Part shown: one piece after another, positions 10,059 through 19,197 of the stretch
How positions within the stretch are numbered: the first letter of the stretch is position 1
How the letters are laid out: each line of letters opens with the position of its first letter
Program-made: the position numbers and the translations under genes
From: Deltaproteobacteria bacterium
Lineage (GTDB): Bacteria > Desulfobacterota > DSM-4660 > Desulfatiglandales > Desulfatiglandaceae
Assembly (NCBI GenBank): GCA_021737785.1
Contig: JAIPDI010000046.1
Location: 1-42,838 of the forward strand
Direction of reading: 5' to 3'
Length of the DNA: 42,838 nucleotides
Notes under the pieces: model-generated
Told to the model about the DNA's origin: nothing
What the model saw: the letters and a program-made list of their open reading frames with translations, nothing else
Databases searched by the model: none

Positions 10059-10145
10059 GCCGAAGTGGTGGAATCTGGTAGACACGCTATCTTGAGGGGG
10101 TAGTGGGCGACGCCCGTGCGGGTTCAAGTCCCGCCTTCGGCACCA
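10059..10145 (+). tRNA. tRNA-Leu (anticodon GAG), type II tRNA with a long variable arm and encoded CCA
   Basis: Folded by hand. Acceptor GCCGAAG/CTTCGGC (7 bp), D stem GTG/CAC, anticodon stem CTATC/GGTAG with loop TTGAGGG (anticodon GAG). Variable-arm hairpin GGGCG-A-CGCCC. T arm GCGGG-TTCAAGT-CCCGC. Discriminator A + CCA. Confidence 0.9.
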
Positions 10146-10164
10146 TAACCAAACAGGCACCCCA

Positions 10165-10196
10165 ACAAGCCCTTTTTCGGAAGGGCTTGTTTTTTC
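10165..10196 (+). terminator. Rho-independent terminator after tRNA-Leu
   Basis: Perfect 10-bp stem ACAAGCCCTT/AAGGGCTTGT with a 6-nt loop (TTTCGG) followed by TTTTTTC. Confidence 0.8.
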
Positions 10197-10352
10197 TGGG
10201 CAACCCCATTTGCGTGTGCCTTCCCGATCGCTTGTCTCCAATGTGGCGGCGGGGACCCAGGGGTGGTTTCCTCTGGGTGCCGATCAGAGCGGGACTGTGA
10301 GAATGGATTTGCCCCTACAGGGGCTGAACCGACGCAAAAAGCCTAACCCGGA

Positions 10353-10976
10353 TCACTTCTTTAAAACGGAATAGACATCCCTGATAATGGCCGTTGAGAT
10401 ATCCCCCATGGCCATGCTCATGGCCTGAGCCAGGCCCCGGGGAGTTTTCTCTGTGAACGGTTTCTCCACACGATAGGCCTTCTGGAAGAGAACCCGCTTG
10501 CTGACATCCGGCTCATTTGCCGCCATCAGGACAACGGTGACACCCAGGACCGCCTTCCACCCGTCTGGCCCATCCCACTCCACAAACTCATCCACCGATC
10601 CTTCCAGGACGAAGGAAAAGGGAAAGTCACTTCCATGGGGCAAAACGGCCTTGAAAAGACCGGAACTTCGAATATCCCGGCCGAGAAAGTCGGTGACCAT
10701 ATCTCCCGGGTTGGCACGCCATTTATGATAAAAGTATTCATCCCTCTTGAATGACGCATCCCGGTAGATGATTCGTTTCGAATTGTAGGCAGAAGCTACG
10801 CTGAAACGCTCGATCTTGAGTGCCACCGGGAGCGGCGCGAGGTCTGTTATCTCCGGAGAGGCGTATTCGAGCATATAGTATTGAACCTGATTTCTCGGTT
10901 GCTTGAAATTGAAGCACCCCCCGGTAAGACATAAAACGCTCACACACAAAAAACATATCTTTATCTTGGAATACAT
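10353..10976 (-). CDS. ABC-transport auxiliary lipoprotein (DUF330 / PqiC-YmbA-like)
   Basis: The track ORF is 230 aa, but the probable start is the internal Met (MYSKIKICFLCVSVLCLTGGC), which gives a lipoprotein signal peptide with an LTGGC lipobox. Last gene of the Mla-like operon. Confidence 0.65.
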   Translation of the reverse strand: MYSKIKICFLCVSVLCLTGGCFNFKQPRNQVQYYMLEYASPEITDLAPLPVALKIERFSVASAYNSKRIIYRDASFKRDEYFYHKWRANPGDMVTDFLGRDIRSSGLFKAVLPHGSDFPFSFVLEGSVDEFVEWDGPDGWKAVLGVTVVLMAANEPDVSKRVLFQKAYRVEKPFTEKTPRGLAQAMSMAMGDISTAIIRDVYSVLKK

Positions 10977-10986
10977 ACGGGTTCCC

Positions 10987-12009
10987 TTAATTTTGCGAGT
11001 GTTTTCCCTCCCGGTCCATGATCCGGGCAGCCGGGGGTTCACCAAAAACCAATTGGGAGGGATGATCCGCGAGCACCTCCAGAAATTGATTCAGACTGTC
11101 CGTTGCCCTCTCCAGGTTCTGCGCACTGACCGAAAGGCGATCGATGAGCCGGACAGCTGCATCATCCGTTCTGCTGATAAAGGACGTCCCCTTTTCCAGC
11201 AGGATATTGGCATTCTCCACGGCCCTGACCAGTCCCGCCAGGGTCTGTTGGATCTCTTTTTCGTTTTCCGCCAGGAGTCGTTCTGCGCTTCCCAGGGTCT
11301 TGTTTGCCTGGTCCATGGTCTGCGCCGCCTGAGGCATTAATTGGTTGATGGATTGGGCCGCCTGGTCAATAGCGGCCAGGATACGATCCCACCTCTCCTC
11401 GTCCATCAGGCGGTCAGCCCCGTCCAGGGTCGAATTCAGTTTTTCGGAGATGCCCTTGACGTCGACCTCGGCCATCATCCCGTTCATGTTGTCAAGGGTT
11501 AGTTTCATTTTTTCCGAAATCCCTTTGAGGTCCAAGGTCTTGATGTGGGTGAAGACGCTATTGAGGTCTCCGAGGAGCTGACTCAATTCTGAAGGCCTTG
11601 AGGCCACGATCGGGTACTCTGAAGGAAAGCTGATATGCGGGGAACGGTCCGGTTCCCCCGGCTTTTTTCGATCCAGCTCCACGAACATGCTCCCCGTGAT
11701 GCCCACGTTTTTCAACTGCGCCACATAGCTCCGGTCGAGGGTCTGGCCTGTCTCGATCTTCATGATAACCTCTATCAGATTCGAATCCGGGGCCACCCGA
11801 ATTTTCTCCACACGGCCGATCGGCACCCCCCTGTACTTGACCGGGGCGTCCTGATTCAGGCCCTGAACCGACTCATTAAAATAGGCTGTAAAATAGTGAC
11901 CCTTCCCCAGATAGCGGGACATGCCCAGCCAGACAATCGCCATCAAGCTTATGACGATCCCGCTGACCACAAACAGCCCGACCGCAAATTTAGTTCTCTG
12001 GGAAGCCAT
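10987..12009 (-). CDS. MCE-family protein (MlaD/PqiB-like) with a C-terminal coiled-coil extension
   Basis: 340 aa. N-terminal TM, then MCE domain (YFNESVQGLNQDAPVKYRGVPIGRVEKIRV), then ~180 aa of helical Q/L/A-rich sequence. Follows mlaF-mlaE. Confidence 0.85.
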   Translation of the reverse strand: MASQRTKFAVGLFVVSGIVISLMAIVWLGMSRYLGKGHYFTAYFNESVQGLNQDAPVKYRGVPIGRVEKIRVAPDSNLIEVIMKIETGQTLDRSYVAQLKNVGITGSMFVELDRKKPGEPDRSPHISFPSEYPIVASRPSELSQLLGDLNSVFTHIKTLDLKGISEKMKLTLDNMNGMMAEVDVKGISEKLNSTLDGADRLMDEERWDRILAAIDQAAQSINQLMPQAAQTMDQANKTLGSAERLLAENEKEIQQTLAGLVRAVENANILLEKGTSFISRTDDAAVRLIDRLSVSAQNLERATDSLNQFLEVLADHPSQLVFGEPPAARIMDREGKHSQN

Positions 12010-12791
12010 TATCCGGTGCCCTTCTGATCGCCGTTTTCTTCAGCGGCCCGGCGGTTGAAAAAACGCTTAACAAACGGATTCTGACTGTGATCCCTCAAAT
12101 ACCCGGGATCGCCCTCAGCAATAATCCCCTTTGCAGCTTTGTCCAACATAATAATCCTCTGGGCCACGGTAAAGATGCTTTCAAGTTCGTGGGTGACAAT
12201 AACCATGGTGGTTCCTAGGCTCCTGTTGAGATGGAGAATAAGATCATCCAATTCCGCGGATGTGATCGGGTCAAGGCCGGCAGAAGGTTCGTCGAAAAAG
12301 AGGATCTTCGGATTCAGGGCCATGGCCCTCGCCAGCCCTGCCCGCTTTTTCATGCCTCCGCTCAATTCCGAGGGAAAATGGTTCTCATATCCCTGGAGAT
12401 TGACCAGGCCCAGTTTCATCCGGACCAGCGTATTCACCGATTCCCGGGACAGCGTGGTGTATTCCTCGATGGGCAAGGCCACATTCTGAGCAATGGTCAT
12501 GGAACCAAACAGGGCGGCCCCCTGGTAAAGAACCCCGATCTTTCTCAGTACGTCCTGGAGTTTTACCTCGTCATCGGTGGAAACCTCATCACCGTCCAAA
12601 ATGATCTGACCGGAACGGGGGGGGATAAGACCGATAATCGTCTTCAACAAGGTGCTCTTGCCGCACCCGCTCCCTCCTAATATACCAAAGACCTCTCCTT
12701 CGTATATGGTGAAAGAGACCTGGTCAAGGATAATAACATCACCATACCCCACTTTGAGATCTTTTACCTGAATAATCGGCTTCCTCGCCAT
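12009..12791 (-). CDS. mlaF: ABC transporter ATP-binding protein, MlaF-like
   Basis: 260 aa. Walker A GGSGCGKST, signature LSGGMKKRAGLA, Walker B LFFDEPSAGLD. 1-nt overlap with the MCE gene. Confidence 0.9.
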   Translation of the reverse strand: MARKPIIQVKDLKVGYGDVIILDQVSFTIYEGEVFGILGGSGCGKSTLLKTIIGLIPPRSGQIILDGDEVSTDDEVKLQDVLRKIGVLYQGAALFGSMTIAQNVALPIEEYTTLSRESVNTLVRMKLGLVNLQGYENHFPSELSGGMKKRAGLARAMALNPKILFFDEPSAGLDPITSAELDDLILHLNRSLGTTMVIVTHELESIFTVAQRIIMLDKAAKGIIAEGDPGYLRDHSQNPFVKRFFNRRAAEENGDQKGTG

Positions 12792-12800
12792 TCTGTAATT

Positions 12801-13946
12801 TTATCCCCAGTAACGAAGTATGACTGAAAAAATGGAGTCGGACAGAATGATCAGGAAGATACTGCTGACCACGGCCGACGTGGTGGCCTGTCCCACCGAT
12901 GCGGCCCCGCCGCTGACCTGAAACCCTCGAAGACAGCCTACCCAGGTGATCAATACCGCGAAGATGCCGCTCTTGAGGACGCCCCAGAATACGTCAAAGA
13001 GGGTCAGGGTCTTGATGGTCTGGGCAATATACGAATTGACGGTCAGATCCAGCATGGAGATCCCGACAATAAGCCCTCCTATGATCGCAAAGAGATCTGA
13101 AAAAAGTGTCAGGATGGGAACCATGACCACCGCCGCAATGAGCTTGGGAATGACCAGAAACAATACGGGATTAAATCCCATGGTGAAAAGTGCATCCACC
13201 TCTTCAGAGATCTTCATGGTCCCGATTTCCGCAGCAAAGGCCGATCCGGACCTTCCGGCGACGATAATGGCCGTTATGATCGGACCCAGTTCACGGGTCA
13301 TGGCCAGACTCACCAGTGAGGCGACATAGATATTGGCGCCGAATTGCTGAAGCTGAACCGAGGACATGAAGGCCATGATCAATCCCATGAGAAAGCTGAT
13401 GAGGGCCACAATGGGAAGGCCGTCCACCCCCACCCTCTGCATATACAGCAGGGTATCGCCCCTTCGAAGAGATCCGGGCCTTGCACAGACATGAATGAGT
13501 GAAAGGATGATCGAACCGATGAATGACATGGAATATTTCAGCTCTGAAATCTGCTGAATGACCGTCTCGCCGAGCCGGACGAATACCCCCGGAGGTCGCC
13601 TTTCCTGGATCGTTATCTGTTCATCCAGGGAATCAAAGTCGAGGAGAGAAAGGAGCTCCCTTACCTTGTCGCTTGCGTGAATGACATGAAACGCGGCCTT
13701 TCCCTGGGGCACCATCTTTCTCAATTCCGTCAGCACCAGCGTTCCAAAGTCATCCAGGTAATCCACGTTTTCAAGGTCTACGGTCAAGGAAGAGATCGCG
13801 TATTTTTTCAGACGGGCCGACAGTGCTTTGATCATGGGACCGGCATTGGCGGCATCCATGTTCCCGTGAATGGAGAGGGTAACGACTCCTTGGGGATCTT
13901 CGGAGACCTCATACTGAGGCATCGTGGACGTTTCAGGAATCTTCAT
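12801..13946 (-). CDS. mlaE: MlaE-family ABC permease with an N-terminal fused STAS (MlaB-like) domain
   Basis: 381 aa. The first ~110 aa look like an anti-sigma-antagonist/STAS fold (VTLSIHGNMDAANAGPMIKAL...TVDLENVDYLDDFGTLVL). The rest is a multi-TM MlaE permease core (GPIITAIIVAGRSGSAFAAEIGTMKISEEVDAL). Confidence 0.85.
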   Translation of the reverse strand: MKIPETSTMPQYEVSEDPQGVVTLSIHGNMDAANAGPMIKALSARLKKYAISSLTVDLENVDYLDDFGTLVLTELRKMVPQGKAAFHVIHASDKVRELLSLLDFDSLDEQITIQERRPPGVFVRLGETVIQQISELKYSMSFIGSIILSLIHVCARPGSLRRGDTLLYMQRVGVDGLPIVALISFLMGLIMAFMSSVQLQQFGANIYVASLVSLAMTRELGPIITAIIVAGRSGSAFAAEIGTMKISEEVDALFTMGFNPVLFLVIPKLIAAVVMVPILTLFSDLFAIIGGLIVGISMLDLTVNSYIAQTIKTLTLFDVFWGVLKSGIFAVLITWVGCLRGFQVSGGAASVGQATTSAVVSSIFLIILSDSIFSVILRYWG

Positions 13947-13973
13947 ATCGTCAGTGCCGGATCATTCCGTTAT

Positions 13974-15296
13974 TTATTCAAGCTCTTCAAAACGGAAGAC
14001 CCTGAGATCCGTTTCATCCGCATTATATTTGCTTTTAAGAAGCTCCATATCCATTTGAAAGATCAGCCATCCTCTATTCGCATCATTCAGTCTGAACGCA
14101 ATTTCTGTGTACCGAATTCCCATCGGGTGATCTTTGTGTTCCCGGTAAAGGGATAACACCTTATAGGGCGCCCGCTCCCCCTCACCCAGATCGATGCCGG
14201 AATAACTGCTCCCTATCATTGCCTCCCCATCGACGCCGGGGAGGATGGAATAGGCGTCGAATACCCGCTTGTCTTCCCCAAGCAGCACCAGACCTGTAAC
14301 AGGGATATCGACCCCCTTCTGGGCATCAAAAAAACTTTTCATCACATCGGTTGTCTCCTGCCGGTCGCCGGCCTCAAAGGGTTCCACCAGCAAAGACTGG
14401 AGCAGACGGAAATCCACGGCCAGGTCATCCTTCAGCTCTTGTTTTTTGACATCGGTGATGTGGTACCCCTTTGAAAAATAGGGATACCCGAAAAAAATGC
14501 CGGCCACTAACATGACCAACAGGGCAGATAATGGGATGAAACATCGTTTCACGCGTTGATATCGTTTTGCCACAATCTCTGTCTGGGTGACATCCCTCCC
14601 CAGGAACAGAACTCCCTCAAAATTGTGCTGACCATCGTACAGGACGGTTGTGCTTGTGGAAACATGGCGTATCCCCTCTTTGGGATGTTTGACCCTGAGG
14701 GTCTTTTCACTCACCGCCTGTTTGGATATCACTTCCTCCAGAAAGCGCCTGTATGCGGCAGGGTCTTCATAAATTTCTTCCACGGGCGTATACCGCATCT
14801 GATCTTCTTCCCTGCCATACAATTTTTCAGCCGCATGGTTCCACGACAAAATTTTTCCGCTCTTATCGGTCAGAATCACCGCATCCGGAAGCTGATCGCA
14901 GAATTCCCTGAGCCCGTAAACGATCTGGCTGGTCTCGTGAAGCCGCTTGGCCAGATCCCTGGCAAATTCTCCCACAGCCTCCGGAAATTCAATGAGAAAA
15001 TTAGGGATTTCCTCCTTGGGAAGCTTTATGACCTTGAGGTCGGTCACCGCCTTGACAGTGGCCGTCCTGCTCTCCCCCAAGAGGAAGGACATCTCCCCGA
15101 ACACGGACCCTTCACCCGATATTTCCGCTATTTCTTTGGTCCCCTTAAAAACGCCTACTTTCCCCTCCACCACGATATAGACATCCTGGGAGTCATCGCC
15201 CTCGAGAAAAACCGTCTGGCCCGTCTCAAAGCGGACGACATATTTATCTAATTTCGTATTGTCAGTAATGGAACTTACCATGGGAACGCAATCCAA
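13974..15296 (-). CDS. Membrane signalling protein: N-terminal cNMP-binding domain + PAS domain + single TM + C-terminal ~170-aa extracytoplasmic domain. No enzymatic output domain.
   Basis: 440 aa. CAP-family cNMP fold (VFLEGDDSQDVYIVVEGKVGVF...GEGSVFGEMSFL...RTATVKA). PAS (DAVILTDKSGKILSWNHAAEKLYG). TM (CFIPLSALLVMLVAGIFFGYPYF). 27 nt upstream of mlaE on the same strand. Confidence 0.75.
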   Translation of the reverse strand: MDCVPMVSSITDNTKLDKYVVRFETGQTVFLEGDDSQDVYIVVEGKVGVFKGTKEIAEISGEGSVFGEMSFLLGESRTATVKAVTDLKVIKLPKEEIPNFLIEFPEAVGEFARDLAKRLHETSQIVYGLREFCDQLPDAVILTDKSGKILSWNHAAEKLYGREEDQMRYTPVEEIYEDPAAYRRFLEEVISKQAVSEKTLRVKHPKEGIRHVSTSTTVLYDGQHNFEGVLFLGRDVTQTEIVAKRYQRVKRCFIPLSALLVMLVAGIFFGYPYFSKGYHITDVKKQELKDDLAVDFRLLQSLLVEPFEAGDRQETTDVMKSFFDAQKGVDIPVTGLVLLGEDKRVFDAYSILPGVDGEAMIGSSYSGIDLGEGERAPYKVLSLYREHKDHPMGIRYTEIAFRLNDANRGWLIFQMDMELLKSKYNADETDLRVFRFEELE

Positions 15297-15409
15297 TTAA
15301 TGTTCAAGAATTTTTTTCATTTGGAATAACTATAAATAAATGGCGTTATCGGGTCAATGACAAAGAAAAACAACCGATCACCGCTTTCTTAGCGATTAGG
15401 GCCGGCCCT

Positions 15410-17254
15410 TCAGGGTCTGTGGAGGGGAAAAGAAACCACAAAGATAGTCGTTCCCCTGTCGGCCTGGATCTCTATCTTTCCCTTTAGCAGGCGGATGATT
15501 CGATAGGTGATGTACATCCCCCGGCCCTCACCCTCCCCTTCGACGATTTTCTGACGATCCTGCTCTGATATTTCTCCGGTATTCCTGATTTCCGCACACG
15601 CCCATTCGCCCTCTTGGTAGGTCCTCACGGCGAGTTCTCCGCCCCTGAACGGAATGGCCTTGGTGGCATTGTTCAAGAGATTGTCCAGAACCCTCTCCAG
15701 ATGAACCGCATGGCACTTCACCCGGAGGTCCGGCGCATAGGGGCCCTCCGCCAATATCACATTCGGCTTGAGCTGCTCTTTAATGGCTTCTTTGTTAATC
15801 TCGAATCGCCTTTTGACGACGTCCGTCAGATTTACGTCCTGCTCCTCGCCAACTCTGTAAATGCTCATGGCCAGCTCTTGCAAGCGGCTTGTCTCCTCCA
15901 ATAAGATATCCAGGTATTTTTGTATCTGTTCTTTTGATTGTTCCCATTCACCCTTTTCGACAATTTCCTTGAGACGTCGCGCAAAGCCTGCAGTGGCAAT
16001 GGCGGGATTCTTGAAATCGTGCAGCGCGTCGTCCAGCCGTTCCATTTTCTGGGCCTTCAAGAGTTCTCTCCCCAGAAAAAGAAAGACATCGATCTCATCG
16101 TCTCTATATCGCTGTCGCTGGTCTAATGCGTCAAAGGTCATAAAATGAGTGACCTCCCCATTGTAACCCAAAGGGATATAGAGGATAGAGTGGATATGAT
16201 GAAATGCCGCGAACCGCTTGAGATTTTCAGAGATCAGATCACTTCGTTGCGGATCCACCACCAGTATATAAAGGGGAGTCACCACTTCATAAAGAGAATC
16301 CCCGGAATATTCCCTCAACTGGAGAAGCAACTCAAAAACCGGCTCGTCACTCACGGAAAAGACCTTTCCCACGGTGTGATAGCCTCCCTCAGCGGGAAAT
16401 CCCGCCTCCAGGATGACGTGGTCAAGCCCTTCGGCGACTGAAAACAGCGTACAGCTCTGGAGATCGACGATATCCACCAGCTCGGGCACCACCTGATTAA
16501 ATACCTCTGCCAGTTTAACACCCCCTCGGGAACCCACCTTGCGGAATATATGGTGGACAATCGTTTCCCGTTTTTCAGCCATCTTGTGCATGGAAAGGAT
16601 CTTTTTCCGGGCAATGACGAAGCTGAGACGCTTGGCCATGGTATTGGCGGTTTGGACCTCCAACGGCCTGAACTCTCGATTTTTCTCCGCATAATAAATC
16701 TGGATAACCCCGATGGTATCCCGTTCCCGGGGAAAAAATCGGGGAATCTCAAGGGGGATCGCCATTAAGGAATGAACCTGTTTCTTATAGATGACGTCCT
16801 TGTTATGGTAGAGGTCCTCATGCGAGAGATCGGGGACCAGATAAGGCTTCCGGGTCTTTACCACCTCACCCGCGATGCTCCCGTCCAACGGGATAAAAGT
16901 TTCGCGATCCTCCTCTGCTGAGGGGTAGGAACAATAAGAGAGCATCTGTTCTGTCTGAGGATCATATATCCTCACCGAAGCCGAATGCGCGCCCAGGAGT
17001 TCCACCATATACCGCGTCGCACTTTCCAGGATCTGCGGCTCCGAGAGATCCGCGTCAATGCCCACAATTTTATTGATCTGAGTGACAAGCCGATCAAGGA
17101 ATTCCGATAATACATGTTCGTCGATCCATTTCATTAAAATGGACCAGAAGTCCTTTCCTACAGGAACCCCTCTGGCCCAGGGTTCTTTTTGGATTTCACT
17201 GGCCAGGCCCTCCAGATCTATCAACATAACATGCCTCGTGGTCGGCTTGGGCAT
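15410..17254 (-). CDS. Sensor histidine kinase with tandem GAF domains (GAF-GAF-HisKA-HATPase_c). Soluble. No response regulator adjacent.
   Basis: 614 aa. H-box ALHDFKNPAIATAGFARRL, N-box LERVLDNLLNNATKAI, G-box GEGEGRGMYI. Two ~150-aa GAF-like regions upstream. Confidence 0.85.
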   Translation of the reverse strand: MPKPTTRHVMLIDLEGLASEIQKEPWARGVPVGKDFWSILMKWIDEHVLSEFLDRLVTQINKIVGIDADLSEPQILESATRYMVELLGAHSASVRIYDPQTEQMLSYCSYPSAEEDRETFIPLDGSIAGEVVKTRKPYLVPDLSHEDLYHNKDVIYKKQVHSLMAIPLEIPRFFPRERDTIGVIQIYYAEKNREFRPLEVQTANTMAKRLSFVIARKKILSMHKMAEKRETIVHHIFRKVGSRGGVKLAEVFNQVVPELVDIVDLQSCTLFSVAEGLDHVILEAGFPAEGGYHTVGKVFSVSDEPVFELLLQLREYSGDSLYEVVTPLYILVVDPQRSDLISENLKRFAAFHHIHSILYIPLGYNGEVTHFMTFDALDQRQRYRDDEIDVFLFLGRELLKAQKMERLDDALHDFKNPAIATAGFARRLKEIVEKGEWEQSKEQIQKYLDILLEETSRLQELAMSIYRVGEEQDVNLTDVVKRRFEINKEAIKEQLKPNVILAEGPYAPDLRVKCHAVHLERVLDNLLNNATKAIPFRGGELAVRTYQEGEWACAEIRNTGEISEQDRQKIVEGEGEGRGMYITYRIIRLLKGKIEIQADRGTTIFVVSFPLHRP

Positions 17255-17462
17255 TCATTTTTGCAGCAGAACAGAGAAAGCGTCCTTGGTCCGCAATTTC
17301 ATTGAGTAGCGAACAGGACCGTTTTCCTGTAATCCTTTTGATTATACCAGAACCGGATGAACTCAAAACGCTTTATTAATAATTTGAAAGGCTTTGAACA
17401 AATACCAGGAAAAAGTCGAAAAGTCAAGCACATCAGAAGGATAACAGTTAATAATGTTCCAG

Positions 17463-17491
17463 TTGACCTCCTGATTCGGGTATGTTATTTT
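17463..17491 (+). promoter_or_regulatory. Candidate sigma-70 promoter for the J-domain gene (TTGACC - 17 nt - TATTTT)
   Basis: Hexamers read by eye in the divergent intergenic region 17255-17542. No experimental support. Confidence 0.3.
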
Positions 17492-17542
17492 TACATTTCA
17501 GATGAATAGTGACCACAAGCACTCCATCCGGAGAAACTGACA

Positions 17543-17959
17543 TTGGCATTCATGACAATTCGACGATCCTTTGAGATACTGGAATTAGAACCGGGTGCGA
17601 CCCTGAATGATGCGCGCCAGGCCTATAAAGATATCGCCAATGTCTGGCACCCGGATCGTTTTGCTGCGAATCCGCGCCTGAAGCACAAGGCCGAGCAGAA
17701 ATTGAAAGAAGTCAATGTTGCTTACGAAACGGCAAAGGCCTTTTTTCAAGAGAGCACACTGTCAAATAGTGCCGTGAAAGAAGAAGTAGATGATACCTCT
17801 CCACAGACACACCACGGGAATTACGGAAACGGCCAACACGCTGCCAAAGAAAGGAGTCGGACGGAAATTGCTGCCGAAGTGGGAACGGCACTTATCCTTA
17901 GCTTCTGCTCTTATGTTTCTACCCAGTTGCATCATTTCGTGGAAAAGAAGCGACCCTAA
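17543..17959 (+). CDS. J-domain (DnaJ-like) protein with a hydrophobic C-terminal segment
   Basis: 138 aa. J domain with HPD motif (SFEILELEPGATLNDARQAYKDIANVWHPDRF...VNVAYETAKAFF). C-terminal IAAEVGTALILSFCSYV may be a membrane anchor. Confidence 0.7.
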   Translation: MAFMTIRRSFEILELEPGATLNDARQAYKDIANVWHPDRFAANPRLKHKAEQKLKEVNVAYETAKAFFQESTLSNSAVKEEVDDTSPQTHHGNYGNGQHAAKERSRTEIAAEVGTALILSFCSYVSTQLHHFVEKKRP

Positions 17960-18174
17960 CCGGCAGATGGGATGGGAACACCGAGAACCATTTCGGTAAA
18001 TATTTGTTTTTTAGTTGAAATTTCCTGAAAACTGTAGTAATAGATTCTCCGGTGTGATTTCCATACCATTCACGGGGTCAACAAAACGGCTCTTTATTAC
18101 TTCAGGCATGAATTAGAGAATCCGGGACCTGTGAACATTTGATAATTTATCTTTGCATCTTGGAAAAGGGAGGT

Positions 18175-18546
18175 ATGAAAATGAAGAGATTAAAGAGGGA
18201 CCTGCAGTCTGTGATCAAGAACCTAAAGGCACTGACAGAAAAGACCGAAAAAATTGCAAAGCGATTGGACGCGGCGGAGAAGGTTAAGGCCGCCCCCAAC
18301 CGGCCCGTAAAGGCTGGCAAGCCTGCTGGCAAGCCTGCTGGCAAGTCCGCAGCCAGAAAGAAAGCCCCTGCAACGGCCACCGACACCGTCTTGAGCATTA
18401 TCAAGCGGCAGAAAAAGGGGATTGATACGGCTGCGCTGAAAAGCAAAACAGACCTTGATACAAAAACCATAAGAAACGTGATTTTCAGACTTAAAAAACA
18501 GGGGAAGATTCAATCCACCACGCGAGGCGTCTATATGGCGGCATAA
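18175..18546 (+). CDS. Lys/Ala-rich histone-H1-like protein with a (K)PAGK repeat and a C-terminal winged-helix-like segment. Hypothetical DNA-binding protein.
   Basis: Start chosen at MKMKRLKR, 7 nt after the RBS AAAGGGAGG (the track ORF starts 36 nt earlier). Contains KAGKPAGKPAGKSAARKKAPA. The C-terminus DTVLSIIKRQKKGIDTAALKSKTDLDTKTIRNVIFRLKKQGKIQSTTRGVY resembles a wHTH. Confidence 0.55.
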   Translation: MKMKRLKRDLQSVIKNLKALTEKTEKIAKRLDAAEKVKAAPNRPVKAGKPAGKPAGKSAARKKAPATATDTVLSIIKRQKKGIDTAALKSKTDLDTKTIRNVIFRLKKQGKIQSTTRGVYMAA

Positions 18547-18840
18547 CCCCGGGGTGATGGCCCTCCTTCTGCGCTTTCGGGGGCAGCCTTGGTCGGCCGG
18601 AGGACTCGTCTGATCAAGAAAGATCCGCCTCTGAATATCCCTATTGTATCGCGCTCTGGTGGTGCCGGGAATTCGATGCCGCATGGGATTACACTTCTCG
18701 ATTGGAAGCCTTGAACCGTTTTGTGTGAGCGTTGTGTTTTCGAGAGAATCGTCTAGCGCTGTCACTCTCATATCCAGGGTCAGTGGGAGCGCCGTCCGGG
18801 GATGGACGAGGTGGATCCCGATGAGATAAGGAGGAAAGAC

Positions 18841-19143
18841 ATGCAAAAAAAAATAAAAAAGGGTATGGCCTCGGTGTTGATTTCAGCCCTGCTTTTTTTC
18901 CATTTTGCGGCGATAGCCCCGGCACAGGAACACCTTCAAGACCTGGATGAAAAAGCCGGTTTCATGGCGGGGGATTTCCTGGTCGTACGTCCATTGGGAA
19001 TCGCCGCGACCGCTGTGGGCGCCGTGCTCTATGTGCTCTCTCTCCCCTTTTCCCTGGCAGGTGGAAACGAGGAGGAGGCACGACAGAAACTTGTCGTTGA
19101 TCCTGCCACATATACCTTTACAAGGCCGTTGGGAGAGCCCTGA
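18841..19143 (+). CDS. Small hypothetical secreted/membrane protein
   Basis: Start at MQKKIKKG, after the RBS TAAGGAGGAAAGAC. Signal-peptide-like N-terminus and a second hydrophobic helix. No recognisable family. Confidence 0.4.
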   Translation: MQKKIKKGMASVLISALLFFHFAAIAPAQEHLQDLDEKAGFMAGDFLVVRPLGIAATAVGAVLYVLSLPFSLAGGNEEEARQKLVVDPATYTFTRPLGEP

Positions 19144-19197
19144 AAAAGTCGTTCCACAGGCTTCCCATGGATCACGGTCAGACCCGCGGGACTTTTG

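Noticed and set aside
14556-15251. 231-aa + strand ORF inside the cNMP/PAS membrane protein gene
   Set aside because: The opposite-strand frame carries clear cNMP and PAS motifs. This is a shadow ORF.
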